Shown here: piece by piece, positions 48,656 through 57,497 of the stretch | Layout: each line of letters opens with the position of its first letter | How positions within the stretch are numbered: the stretch's first letter is position 1 | Origin: Candidatus Bathyarchaeia archaeon | GTDB lineage: Archaea; Thermoproteota; Bathyarchaeia; Bathyarchaeales; Bathycorpusculaceae | Direction of reading: 5' to 3' | Assembly (NCBI GenBank): GCA_038883655.1 | Contig: JAVZLQ010000001.1 | Coordinates: 128,001-192,000, forward strand | DNA length: 64,000 bases | Program-made: the position numbers and the translations under genes | Notes under the pieces: generated by a model | Told to the model about the DNA's origin: nothing | Seen by the model: the letters and a program-made list of their open reading frames with translations, nothing else | Databases searched by the model: none

Positions 48656-49825
48656 TTATCGTTTTAGAGAGAGGATTTTTTCCTCCGCTGCCGCCAATCC
48701 AACTCCAAGCTTAATGTCGTGTCCCAAATTTTTCAATGTTGTCTCTATGGCTGCTATTGTGGAAAGAATGTCGTTTTGGCTTACATTCCCCATATGTCCA
48801 ACTCTGAAGCCCTTCCCCTTTAGCGGTCCAAGGGTGGATGCCACTGTTATCCCGCGATTTTTCATTTCGGTTCTAAACGCCGCATCCTCTACTCTTTCTG
48901 GGTAGTACACTGCCGTAACGGTGTTAGCTGCGTACTCCTCATCTGCAACCAGCTTTAGCTTTAATGCTTTCATTGCTGTTCTGAAGGCTTCGGCGAAAAC
49001 ATGGTGCCTTCTAAACCTATTCTCTAGTCCCTCGTTTAAGATTATTTCAAGCGCTTCTGATAGGGCGTAAATCATGTTAACTGGTGGTGTGGCAAAGTAT
49101 ATTGAAGGGTCTCGCATTGTTGGAAGCCAATTTTTAAGGTTGCCATACCAAAAGTTGACTGGGGTCTTTCTCTTTTCGAGAAATTCTATAACTCTTTTGC
49201 TTGCCGAAAGAAAGGCTAATCCAGGTGGGACACCTATGCACTTTTGCGAGCCAGAAGCGCAAATGTCTATGTTCCACTCGTCAACGCGAACTTCCATGCC
49301 GCCTAAAGAGCAAACTGTATCAACAATGTAGAAGGCGTCGCTCTCTTCCGCCACTATTTCGCCTATCTCCCTTATCGGGTTTGCAACTCCAGTTGAAGTC
49401 TCAACATGCGTAACAGTTACCGCCTTAAAATCGTCTTCCCTCAAAGCCTCTTTAACCATTCTTGGATTCGCGGGTTTGCCCCATGAAAACTCCAAGACTT
49501 TAGGCGTTGCACCGTGAGCCATCGACGCTTTAACAAAGTATTCCCCGAAAAATCCAGTTACTATGTTCAAAACCTTATCGTTTGGCTCCAAAACGTTCGC
49601 AACAGCCATTTCTAAAGCTAACGTTCCAGAACCAGCAACCGCGAAAACATCACCTTCAGTCATGAAAACTTTCTTTAACCGTTCAAGCGCTTCTTTGAAA
49701 ACTTCGATAAACTCAGAATCAGTATGCGAGACTGTTGGCTTACTTAGGGCGCGAAGAACCCGCGGGTCAACATTTGTTGGTCCAGGAATCATAATCAGCT
49801 TTCTTTCACTCATATTTCTACACAC
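48656..49825 (-). CDS. Class V PLP aminotransferase (alanine/serine-glyoxylate type)
   Basis: MIPGPT, HVETSTG, VDTVCS, GSQKC, FRVGHMG. Confidence 0.9.
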   Translation of the reverse strand: MCRNMSERKLIMIPGPTNVDPRVLRALSKPTVSHTDSEFIEVFKEALERLKKVFMTEGDVFAVAGSGTLALEMAVANVLEPNDKVLNIVTGFFGEYFVKASMAHGATPKVLEFSWGKPANPRMVKEALREDDFKAVTVTHVETSTGVANPIREIGEIVAEESDAFYIVDTVCSLGGMEVRVDEWNIDICASGSQKCIGVPPGLAFLSASKRVIEFLEKRKTPVNFWYGNLKNWLPTMRDPSIYFATPPVNMIYALSEALEIILNEGLENRFRRHHVFAEAFRTAMKALKLKLVADEEYAANTVTAVYYPERVEDAAFRTEMKNRGITVASTLGPLKGKGFRVGHMGNVSQNDILSTIAAIETTLKNLGHDIKLGVGLAAAEEKILSLKR

Positions 49826-49939
49826 CCTTTTAATTCACTTCTCTGGTTTTTGTTCTTTATCTTTTCGATCTTAGGTGGATTTTCGAACCAATAGGGCTAT
49901 ATTTATAGATGCCTTTAACAATATTATAGGAGGCGTATT

Positions 49940-50209
49940 TTGTCTAAAGGTTCTAAAGCGCGAGATAAGGGTTTTCTGCGGAAGCTAAAGGACTTTTTGG
50001 TTGGAGCCACCGTTTACAACGTAATTAAGGATTTAGAAGAAAAGAGGTTACTTGTCGAGTATGGATTGATGCTTTCTGTTTTCGGGGACATGCTTGGATT
50101 TCCAACATGCTCTTATTATCGTTTAAGGTTGCTTCCACTTTGGTTACCGAGAATTGAGTTGTGGAAGCATTATTTACTCAAGGAGAAAGATGTAACAGAA
50201 AAATTGTAA
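49940..50209 (+). CDS. Small CstA/ArsA-associated protein A
   Basis: MLSVFGDMLGFP..YYRLRLLP...WK..LLKEKDVT; paralogous to the next gene; GGAGG upstream of TTG. Confidence 0.75.
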   Translation: MSKGSKARDKGFLRKLKDFLVGATVYNVIKDLEEKRLLVEYGLMLSVFGDMLGFPTCSYYRLRLLPLWLPRIELWKHYLLKEKDVTEKL

Positions 50210-50264
50210 GGTATAATAACATTTTTATCTTTAATTAAACTTTCAAATAACAAAGTGAAGAATA

Positions 50265-50564
50265 ATGACCAGAAAAGAAGCTAATGAAAAGAAAAACGAA
50301 GCGAAAAAGGAGAGCGAAGCAAAGAAAGCAGTTAAGGGACTGGTTTACGGGATGGCTATGCACGGTATGGTGAGCTACGCTCTGAAAACGCGCATGTATT
50401 TAGAAAACCTTTTTATGCTGATCACGATGGGCGACATGCTCGGCGTCCCTGTCCTTCCACCATATTATTGCCTGCGACTCCTGCCATACTGTGTTCCTCA
50501 CATAAAGACATGGAAAAGAACGTTACTTAGAGATCGAGATGTGACCGACTCAATTTTTGCTTAA
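50265..50564 (+). CDS. Small CstA/ArsA-associated protein B
   Basis: FMLITMGDMLGVPVLPPYYCLRLLPY...WKRTLLRDRDVT. Confidence 0.78.
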   Translation: MTRKEANEKKNEAKKESEAKKAVKGLVYGMAMHGMVSYALKTRMYLENLFMLITMGDMLGVPVLPPYYCLRLLPYCVPHIKTWKRTLLRDRDVTDSIFA

Positions 50565-50576
50565 GAGGGTTAACGT

Positions 50577-51569
50577 ATGTCTGTAACATTGTCAGTTGAG
50601 CAATACTTGAAAGCACATCCGAACGTTAAGTATATTCTCTTTGGAGGAAAGGGTGGGTTAGGTAAAACAACATTATCTGCTGCAACTGCTTTTTGGCTTG
50701 CAAAGTATGGAAAAAAAGTTGTTGTTTTTTCAACGGATCCGCAAGCAAGCCTAAGCGACATTTTCGAGAGGAACATTTTCGGTAAAGGCGAAGTCGAGAT
50801 TGCCCCTAACCTCTTCGCATTGGAGATTGATGCGGATAAGCGGATAGCTGATTATCAGCAGGAAATCCGTAACAAAATTATAGAAATGTATGGTGAAGTA
50901 CCTAAAGAGGTTGATGATTACATTCAGTCTTCCGCCGCTGAACCCGCGATGGCTGAGTCAGCAACATTTGATGCTATGGTTGAGCTGATGACAAGTGGCG
51001 TTTACGACTACTATATTTTTGATATGATGCCTCATGGGCATGCAATCCGTTTTCTTGGAATGTCAGAAATACTTGATACATGGGTTAACAAAATAGTTGA
51101 GACGAGGAAGAAGGCTGCTGAGTACGGTGATGTGGCTTCTGTTTTAAGCGGAAAAGGTGGATTAGCCCAAGAGGATAAAATTTTGGAGGAACTTGAGTTC
51201 ATAAAGTCGCGGCTGGGTTTTGTCAGCAATATGATGAGGGATGAGGAACATACAGCCTTCTTTTATGTGCTCATTCCAGAACTTATGCCCATCCTTGATA
51301 CGAGAAAAGCGCTTGAAATGTTTAGGGCTTTCAGCATACCCTTAAGCGGTATTATAATAAACCAAGTTTATCCTACAGAGCTGTTGAAGCAGAAGAATCT
51401 TCCCGCGCTGTTAAAGAATAAGATATTGATGCAGCAGAGGCATATGAAGGACATTGAAACGGAGTTTGGTCCGCTGATACGTGGGGTTGTCCCGATGTTT
51501 GATCGAGAACCTAAGGGGCTCAAAATGATTGCAGAAGTAGCAAAAGCCTTGTACGGAGAGGAGCGCTAG
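50577..51569 (+). CDS. ArsA/Get3(TRC40)-family ATPase 1
   Basis: GGKGGLGKT, STDPQASLSD, FDMMPHGH, IIINQV; no Cys. Confidence 0.9.
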   Translation: MSVTLSVEQYLKAHPNVKYILFGGKGGLGKTTLSAATAFWLAKYGKKVVVFSTDPQASLSDIFERNIFGKGEVEIAPNLFALEIDADKRIADYQQEIRNKIIEMYGEVPKEVDDYIQSSAAEPAMAESATFDAMVELMTSGVYDYYIFDMMPHGHAIRFLGMSEILDTWVNKIVETRKKAAEYGDVASVLSGKGGLAQEDKILEELEFIKSRLGFVSNMMRDEEHTAFFYVLIPELMPILDTRKALEMFRAFSIPLSGIIINQVYPTELLKQKNLPALLKNKILMQQRHMKDIETEFGPLIRGVVPMFDREPKGLKMIAEVAKALYGEER

Positions 51570-51571
51570 TT

Positions 51572-52576
51572 ATGAGTGCAAGTTTGAGTTTTAGAGAGTA
51601 TCTGGCTTCAAAGCCGCAATTGAAGTATATGTTTTTTGGTGGGAAAGGTGGGGTGGGTAAGACAATAGCTGCGGCTGGCACCGCCTACTACTTGGCGGAA
51701 AAGTTGGGTAAGAAGACTCTGATTTCATCCACAAACCCTGTTCACAGTTTATCCAGTGCTTTTGGACAAGACATTTGGGGCAAGGGAATACAAAAAATTG
51801 ATGGTACAAAGAATCTTTACGCAGTTGAAATTGACATATCTGACACCATAAAGCGATATAAGGAGGAAATCCGCGATAGAATACTCACGTTCCTCAAGTA
51901 TGCGGATATACCGCTGGATCCTGAACCATTTGTGGATATTGCAACTACAAACCCCGCATTTGAAGAATCTGCTATGTTTGATGACATGATAAATCTAATA
52001 CTTAAGGGCGAATTTGACGCTTATGTCTTTGACACAGCTCCTGTTGCACATACATATCGTCTCCTTGGAATGTCCAAGGTTTACGACTTGTGGCTCCACA
52101 AGATGGTTAAAAGCAGAGAGGAAGCCCTATCTCTTCGTGTGAAATTGTCTTTCCGAAAGGAAAAGATAATTGAAGAGATTAAGAAGGACCCGATGCTTGC
52201 CAGTTTGATGAGTATAAGAGAAAAAACCGAGCAAGGCCGTAAACTTTTGACGGATAAGGATAAAACTGCCTTCTTCTTTGTTACATTGCCACTTTCTCTC
52301 CCAATCTCGGTGATTGAGCGTTTTATAGGCTGGGTTAAAGCATTCGACATTCCAACGGGCGGGGTTATCGTAAACGAGGTTTTGCCCAAAGAGGAGTTCG
52401 ACTTGAAAAACGCAACGCCATATATTGCCAACAAGATTCAAGAGCAAGACAACTATCTTAAAATGATTCATAACAAGTTTCCGGGGATGGTTCGCGCGTA
52501 TATACCCCTATACGAAACCGAAGTAACAGGGTTAGACATGATTGCCCGTGTCGCAGAAGCCTTAAGCAAAAAATAA
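51572..52576 (+). CDS. ArsA/Get3(TRC40)-family ATPase 2 (switch-I Asp->Asn)
   Basis: GGKGGVGKT, STNPVHSLS, FDTAPVAH, VIVNEV; no Cys. Confidence 0.9.
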   Translation: MSASLSFREYLASKPQLKYMFFGGKGGVGKTIAAAGTAYYLAEKLGKKTLISSTNPVHSLSSAFGQDIWGKGIQKIDGTKNLYAVEIDISDTIKRYKEEIRDRILTFLKYADIPLDPEPFVDIATTNPAFEESAMFDDMINLILKGEFDAYVFDTAPVAHTYRLLGMSKVYDLWLHKMVKSREEALSLRVKLSFRKEKIIEEIKKDPMLASLMSIREKTEQGRKLLTDKDKTAFFFVTLPLSLPISVIERFIGWVKAFDIPTGGVIVNEVLPKEEFDLKNATPYIANKIQEQDNYLKMIHNKFPGMVRAYIPLYETEVTGLDMIARVAEALSKK

Positions 52577-52592
52577 AAGGGGAGAAAAAGGC

Positions 52593-54278
52593 TTAAGCAG
52601 TTTTTCCCTCTGTTTTTGCTGCTCTCAGTCTCTTGAAGGCTTTAGCTCCCTCGTAGCACATGAAAAGCCCAAGTATTAATAAGAAAACGTTAACTAACGC
52701 TGCAATTAAGCTACCAAATTTTGTTGGGTCTATGATATACCCGCTTATGCCAGTATATGTAAGGTATGCCAGTGCTGATAATGTGGTTGCCAACATGAAA
52801 AGCATCGGTATCAACGTATAGATTGTGGGACGTTTTTCTTTTGTAAGCCACAGCGATATTATCATTAAAGCTAGTCCAGCCATGAGCTGATTAGCACCGC
52901 CGAATGTTCCCCAGATGTACTGGAAAGCTGCACCTACATGCGGACTTGTTATTATGTAAACAATTATGCAAACTAAAATGGCGCTAAGATATTTGTTTTT
53001 CAAAGCACCTCCGGCCCTTAGTCCACTTAAATCGGATAGCACCAACCGAGTAATCCTCAGACCTATATGCATAATTGTTATTGCTAGCACGATCAGCATG
53101 ACCGATGCTAGTCCCTGACCCGCTGCTGTTGGTATCCCTAAGAATCCTAAAATTGTGGTTGCGCCAGTAACAAAAGAACCTGCGGGGTCGCCTACGTTAT
53201 TTGTGGTTGCAGGGTTTAAAATCGCAACGGTTGTCAGAGCTACTAACGCCAGTATTCCTTCAGCTAACATAGCGCCGCCGCCTATGAAATGGGCATCCGG
53301 TTCGGTGTCAAGCTGTTTAGATGTAACCGAAGAACCTATTAGACTGTGCCACCCCGAGATTGCTCCACAAGCAACCGTTATAAACATCATCGGCCATAGC
53401 GGGCCGCTCTTTGTTATACCTGGGTCATAGAACGCCGTTGCTAGTGAATATTGGTAGTTGGGTGCACCGATAAAGGCGCCTATTATGATTCCTATTACTC
53501 CAGCGTACACTAGGTAGAACGAGAGATAGTTGATGGGTTGTATAAAAACCCATATTGGTAATACAGCGCCAAGAAAACAGAAGAACAGCGTTATAAACAT
53601 CCAGAAGTCGAGCGCATTTGGAAATGGACCTGATGAAGGGAGAGGCGCGGTGTATGGCAAAGCTATTCCAGCCCAGATTCCTAGAAATATGATGATCACA
53701 GCGATTACGGTTGTATAAACAATGTTAACTTTAAATTTGTATGTTAGGAAACCGGCTATTACACCAATTACTGTTACAATTAACACGGGTATCGGGCTTA
53801 CGGGAAACCTTAGGAATAGGCGTGCTACCTGGTTGGTGAATGATGACAGTATTAAGATGACATACCATAAGATGTACCATAACAAAATTGTTCGAGCCCT
53901 CGGAGAGATCAACTCGTAAGTTATCGGTCCGAAAGATGATCCCTCAGATCTGGCTGAAACCATTAGGCTTCCATAATCATGAATCCAGCCGATGAATATT
54001 GTCCCGAAGATAATCCACAAAAGTGCTGGAAGCCATCCCCATTGAAGTGCTATAATTGGCCCGAGAACTGGTCCTAGGGCTGCTATACTTTTCCACTGGA
54101 ACCCGAATAGGACGTATTTGTTTGTTGGGAAGAATTCAACGCCATCCATGTATGTGTGCGCTGGCGTTTCCCTTTTAGGGTCTGACATTATAACGTTTCT
54201 GTCGAACCACTTTATGTAGCCCCAGTAGGCGATTGCATAAAGAATTATTCCCACCAGAATAACGATTATTGAAAGCAA
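52593..54278 (-). CDS. cstA: Carbon starvation protein A (CstA)-family transporter
   Basis: TPAHTYMDGVEFFPTNKYVLFG, GPVLGP, WGWLPALLWI, LPIWVFIQP, FITVACGAISGWHSL, FGGANQLMA. Confidence 0.92.
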   Translation of the reverse strand: MLSIIVILVGIILYAIAYWGYIKWFDRNVIMSDPKRETPAHTYMDGVEFFPTNKYVLFGFQWKSIAALGPVLGPIIALQWGWLPALLWIIFGTIFIGWIHDYGSLMVSARSEGSSFGPITYELISPRARTILLWYILWYVILILSSFTNQVARLFLRFPVSPIPVLIVTVIGVIAGFLTYKFKVNIVYTTVIAVIIIFLGIWAGIALPYTAPLPSSGPFPNALDFWMFITLFFCFLGAVLPIWVFIQPINYLSFYLVYAGVIGIIIGAFIGAPNYQYSLATAFYDPGITKSGPLWPMMFITVACGAISGWHSLIGSSVTSKQLDTEPDAHFIGGGAMLAEGILALVALTTVAILNPATTNNVGDPAGSFVTGATTILGFLGIPTAAGQGLASVMLIVLAITIMHIGLRITRLVLSDLSGLRAGGALKNKYLSAILVCIIVYIITSPHVGAAFQYIWGTFGGANQLMAGLALMIISLWLTKEKRPTIYTLIPMLFMLATTLSALAYLTYTGISGYIIDPTKFGSLIAALVNVFLLILGLFMCYEGAKAFKRLRAAKTEGKTA

Positions 54279-54368
54279 TGTTATCCCTCAGAAAATTGTA
54301 TGTAATGGCTATCTTAATATAAGACTTGCGATAAAACTACATTTTAAAATCTAAAGTTCAATCGGTCC

Positions 54369-55046
54369 GTGGGATCGGATGTGTACGAGTTTACAGCAAT
54401 ATTTCTCGTAGCATTAATCTTCATAATAGTATACTTCATTGGGATGCGCCAGAACAGGAAAATTGCGGTGAGATACGCGAAAGCCGTTAAGGCGTATATG
54501 TCTTCTCGCAGCGATTTTGTAGGTTTTCGTCCCTATAGCCGGGGTGGATTCCGAGCACTTTGTAAAATGAAGGAGGATTCACCATTCTCGCAAGTTGAAA
54601 TGGCAATAAGCCTCGTTGACCGCGAAAACCTGATGCACTATCCACTTTCTCTGCTGACAAAGGACAGCGACCGGTTTGCATGTTGGGGTTTTCTAAAAAC
54701 TCCATTATCACTTAATATGGAGATTTTGCCAGTAAAAGAGGAGAAAATCTGCCGAAAAATAGCATCTGAAAAAGGCCTTGAAACAGTAAACTTAAAGGGT
54801 GAATTTAATGAGTCTTTCGCAGTTCTAGCTTCAAATCACGAGTTTGCGCATAAATTTCTATCAGACCGACAATTACAAAGATGCATTCTGGAAATGAAAG
54901 CTTCTCTTAAACGCTTATCCCTAAATGAGAAAGAATCAAGAATATACCTTTTAGGCGACCTAAAAGAAGAGTCCTCAATAGAATCCTTTATAGACATTAT
55001 AATGTTTTGCGGAGAGCATTGCAGAAAAATAAGCTACATTAGTTGA
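54369..55046 (+). CDS. N-terminally membrane-anchored protein, possible CCDC47/DUF1682 homologue
   Basis: Single N-terminal TM ending [26 protein letters not shown]. The ORF is well supported; the family call is tentative. Confidence 0.55.
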   Translation: [225 protein letters not shown]

Positions 55047-55555
55047 ATGAACTTTTTTTGCATTTCTATTATTGCTTTGCTATCTTTGGCTTTTGCGTAG
55101 CTTTCAAGTCTTTCCTTGTTTATTTCGATGAATGTGTATCCCCACTTGAAAATTGACAAAAGTCTATACGCTTCTTCTTTGAAGCTCGCAATGTAAAGTG
55201 CAGCCGCTAGAGCTTCAACTGTGCTAAGCTTTGTTGGGCTTCCGAAGTTTACTGGGTTTCCAGCAACTAGATATGGCAAGCAGCGTGATGTCCCCCTAAC
55301 ACTCTTTATTAGGGGTTTCTCTGCATGTTCCCAGCTAAAGTCTAACGCGGCTAATCCAAACTTTTCTATGCGCTTCTTGTCGGCTGGAGAAAAGGCGATT
55401 TCTGAAAAAGGATTCAAGACCACAGCACTTTTTGGCAGAAACCTAATTTTATGCACTATTTCAACTAACCCGTGACGTTTAAGCTTCAGCGCGGTGCATT
55501 TTTTGGGGTCGCACTGTCTGGCGTGATAAACAACTATCCTAACTTGTTTTTGCAA
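55034..55555 (-). CDS. tsr3: 16S rRNA aminocarboxypropyltransferase Tsr3
   Basis: QCDPKKCTALKL, LDFSW, LPYLVAGNPVNFG, LSTVEALAAAL, FKWG. Confidence 0.92.
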   Translation of the reverse strand: MQKQVRIVVYHARQCDPKKCTALKLKRHGLVEIVHKIRFLPKSAVVLNPFSEIAFSPADKKRIEKFGLAALDFSWEHAEKPLIKSVRGTSRCLPYLVAGNPVNFGSPTKLSTVEALAAALYIASFKEEAYRLLSIFKWGYTFIEINKERLESYAKAKDSKAIIEMQKKFIQLM

Positions 55556-57074
55556 TTGTTCTGTGCACCTTCAAATGGCACATCGGGTCATTCAAAATCA
55601 TCGGAATCTTCTCAATAAGGTCTGTTGCAACCATGTGAAAACCCTTTTCCTCAAAAACAAAGTCTCCAGCAGCGCCATTAACAAATGCTCCAGCCACAGC
55701 AGCCTCAAATGGGTCCACACCATGAGCCAAGAAAGCGCCAACAATTCCAGAAAGCACATCGCCAGTTCCGCCGACAGTCATACCAGCATTACCAGTAAAG
55801 TTAAGTTTGAAGCGCTTTTCATTAGAAATTATATCGATTGGACCTTTTAGCAGTATTACCGCGCCCAGTTCAACTGCTGTTTTTTGCACTTCCGTCACTT
55901 TTTCGTTCAAGTTTTCCGGCAACTTTTTACCAGTTAATATGGCATATTCTCCAGCATGGGGCGTTAAAACCAAAGGCACATTAACTTTTCTCTTAAATTC
56001 TGCGAAAGCCTTCAATCCATCAGCATCCAAAAGCAGCGGCTTCTTCGCGGCTTCAACCGCATCCACCAAAGCCTTTACCGCTCCTCTTGTTTCTGGGTGC
56101 AAGCCCAAACCAGGACCCAAAACAACGGCGTTTACAGTCTCCAAGTAAGCCTTTAAGGCGGGTATGTTCCCAGCGTTTAGATGTCGTCCCTCAAGCTTTA
56201 TTGTTATGAGGTCTGGAGACATGGCTGAAATTGCATAAGCTGTTTTTTCTGGAGCCGCAATATAAGCCAAATCAACACCAGTTCGCAGTGCAGCTAAAGC
56301 CACAAGTGCTGGGGCACCCGAAAAAGTTTCGCTTCCGCCAACGACTAGTAAGCGTCCAAAATCTCCCTTATGTGATTCTGCTGGGCGCGGTTTTGTGGCA
56401 AGTAAAACGTCACCTGGACCAGCAAAATTTTCAAACTCTCTTGGTATTCCAATGTCCTTTACAATTAGTTCGCCAACATAGTCCTTCGCGTTTTCAAGTC
56501 CCGCTTTTGTCTTATGGAATGTTATCGTCAAATTTGCCTTCACGGCGTCGCCTAAAACTTCGCCAGTGTCAGCGTCCACCCCGGTTGGTATGTCTACGGC
56601 CACTCGAAAGGCGTTTGTGGCGTTGATTTTTTGGACGAGTTGCATGATTGGTGGTCTAAGCTTGCCCTTTGTTCCAGTTCCAAGCAGTGCGTCTATGATT
56701 ATGTCTGCGTTTACTTCTGGAATCTGTGCGCTATCGTAAACTTCGTGAATTGTAATGCTTTGCTTTAGAGGCTGTATTGCCAGCCAGTTTTTTAGGGCGG
56801 CGCTATCTGAAACTTCTTCAGCTTTGCCTGCGAGGATAACTGTTACTTTGAAACCCATTGCTGATAAGTGTCTTGTAGCCACAAAACCATCGCCTCCATT
56901 TCCGCCCAAACCGCAGAAAACGGCAATTTTCTTTTCTGTGTTGAATCTTGAGGCTATTTCTTGGGCTACATTTCTTCCAGCGTTTTCCATAAGTTGGAGC
57001 CTTGAAACGCCGAAGTATTCCGCGTTTGTCTCCAAAGCGCGCATTTCACGGCTTGTTATGTAATTTTTCTCCAT
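55539..57074 (-). CDS. nnr: Bifunctional NAD(P)HX epimerase/dehydratase
   Basis: LMENAG, GGNGGDG, DALLGTG, VDIPTG, SHKGDFG, GPGLG, DADG, LTPHAGE, GGTGDVLSG. Confidence 0.93.
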   Translation of the reverse strand: MEKNYITSREMRALETNAEYFGVSRLQLMENAGRNVAQEIASRFNTEKKIAVFCGLGGNGGDGFVATRHLSAMGFKVTVILAGKAEEVSDSAALKNWLAIQPLKQSITIHEVYDSAQIPEVNADIIIDALLGTGTKGKLRPPIMQLVQKINATNAFRVAVDIPTGVDADTGEVLGDAVKANLTITFHKTKAGLENAKDYVGELIVKDIGIPREFENFAGPGDVLLATKPRPAESHKGDFGRLLVVGGSETFSGAPALVALAALRTGVDLAYIAAPEKTAYAISAMSPDLITIKLEGRHLNAGNIPALKAYLETVNAVVLGPGLGLHPETRGAVKALVDAVEAAKKPLLLDADGLKAFAEFKRKVNVPLVLTPHAGEYAILTGKKLPENLNEKVTEVQKTAVELGAVILLKGPIDIISNEKRFKLNFTGNAGMTVGGTGDVLSGIVGAFLAHGVDPFEAAVAGAFVNGAAGDFVFEEKGFHMVATDLIEKIPMILNDPMCHLKVHRTIAKTS

Positions 57075-57204
57075 TTTCTTGAACCTAATAGCTAATGCCC
57101 TAGTAAAGAAGATAAGTCCTTCGCATTTTCTGCGGCTTTCCCTTCCGGATTTTCAGTAAAATATTTTAATGTATAGCACGAACATTAGCGTGAGGAGACT
57201 AAAT

Positions 57205-57444
57205 ATGCCTACAGCCTTTGTGTTGATAAATACCGAGATAGGTTCAGAGGCGGATGTGTTAAAAGACTTAAAGAAGGTTGAGGGTGTTGAAGAGGCATTT
57301 GCTGTCTACGGAGTTTACGATATAATCGCGCGTGTTAGGGCAGATAGCATGGATAAGCTTAAGGAAATTGTGACTTGGCGCATCAGGAGACTTGACAAGG
57401 TTAGGTCAACGCTAACAATGATTGTTGTAGAGGAATCTAAATAG
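57205..57444 (+). CDS. Lrp/AsnC ligand-binding (RAM) domain protein
   Basis: MPTAFVLIN, VYGVYDIIARV, VRSTLTMIV; GAGGAG upstream. Confidence 0.9.
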   Translation: MPTAFVLINTEIGSEADVLKDLKKVEGVEEAFAVYGVYDIIARVRADSMDKLKEIVTWRIRRLDKVRSTLTMIVVEESK

Positions 57445-57497
57445 CGCAATTCTTCCTCCTTTTTATTCAAAACACATTTCCATCCTTTGCCTAACGA

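Noticed and set aside
50577-52576. Arsenite-resistance (arsA) operon
   Set aside because: No cysteines in either ATPase and no arsB/acr3/arsC/arsD/arsR neighbours
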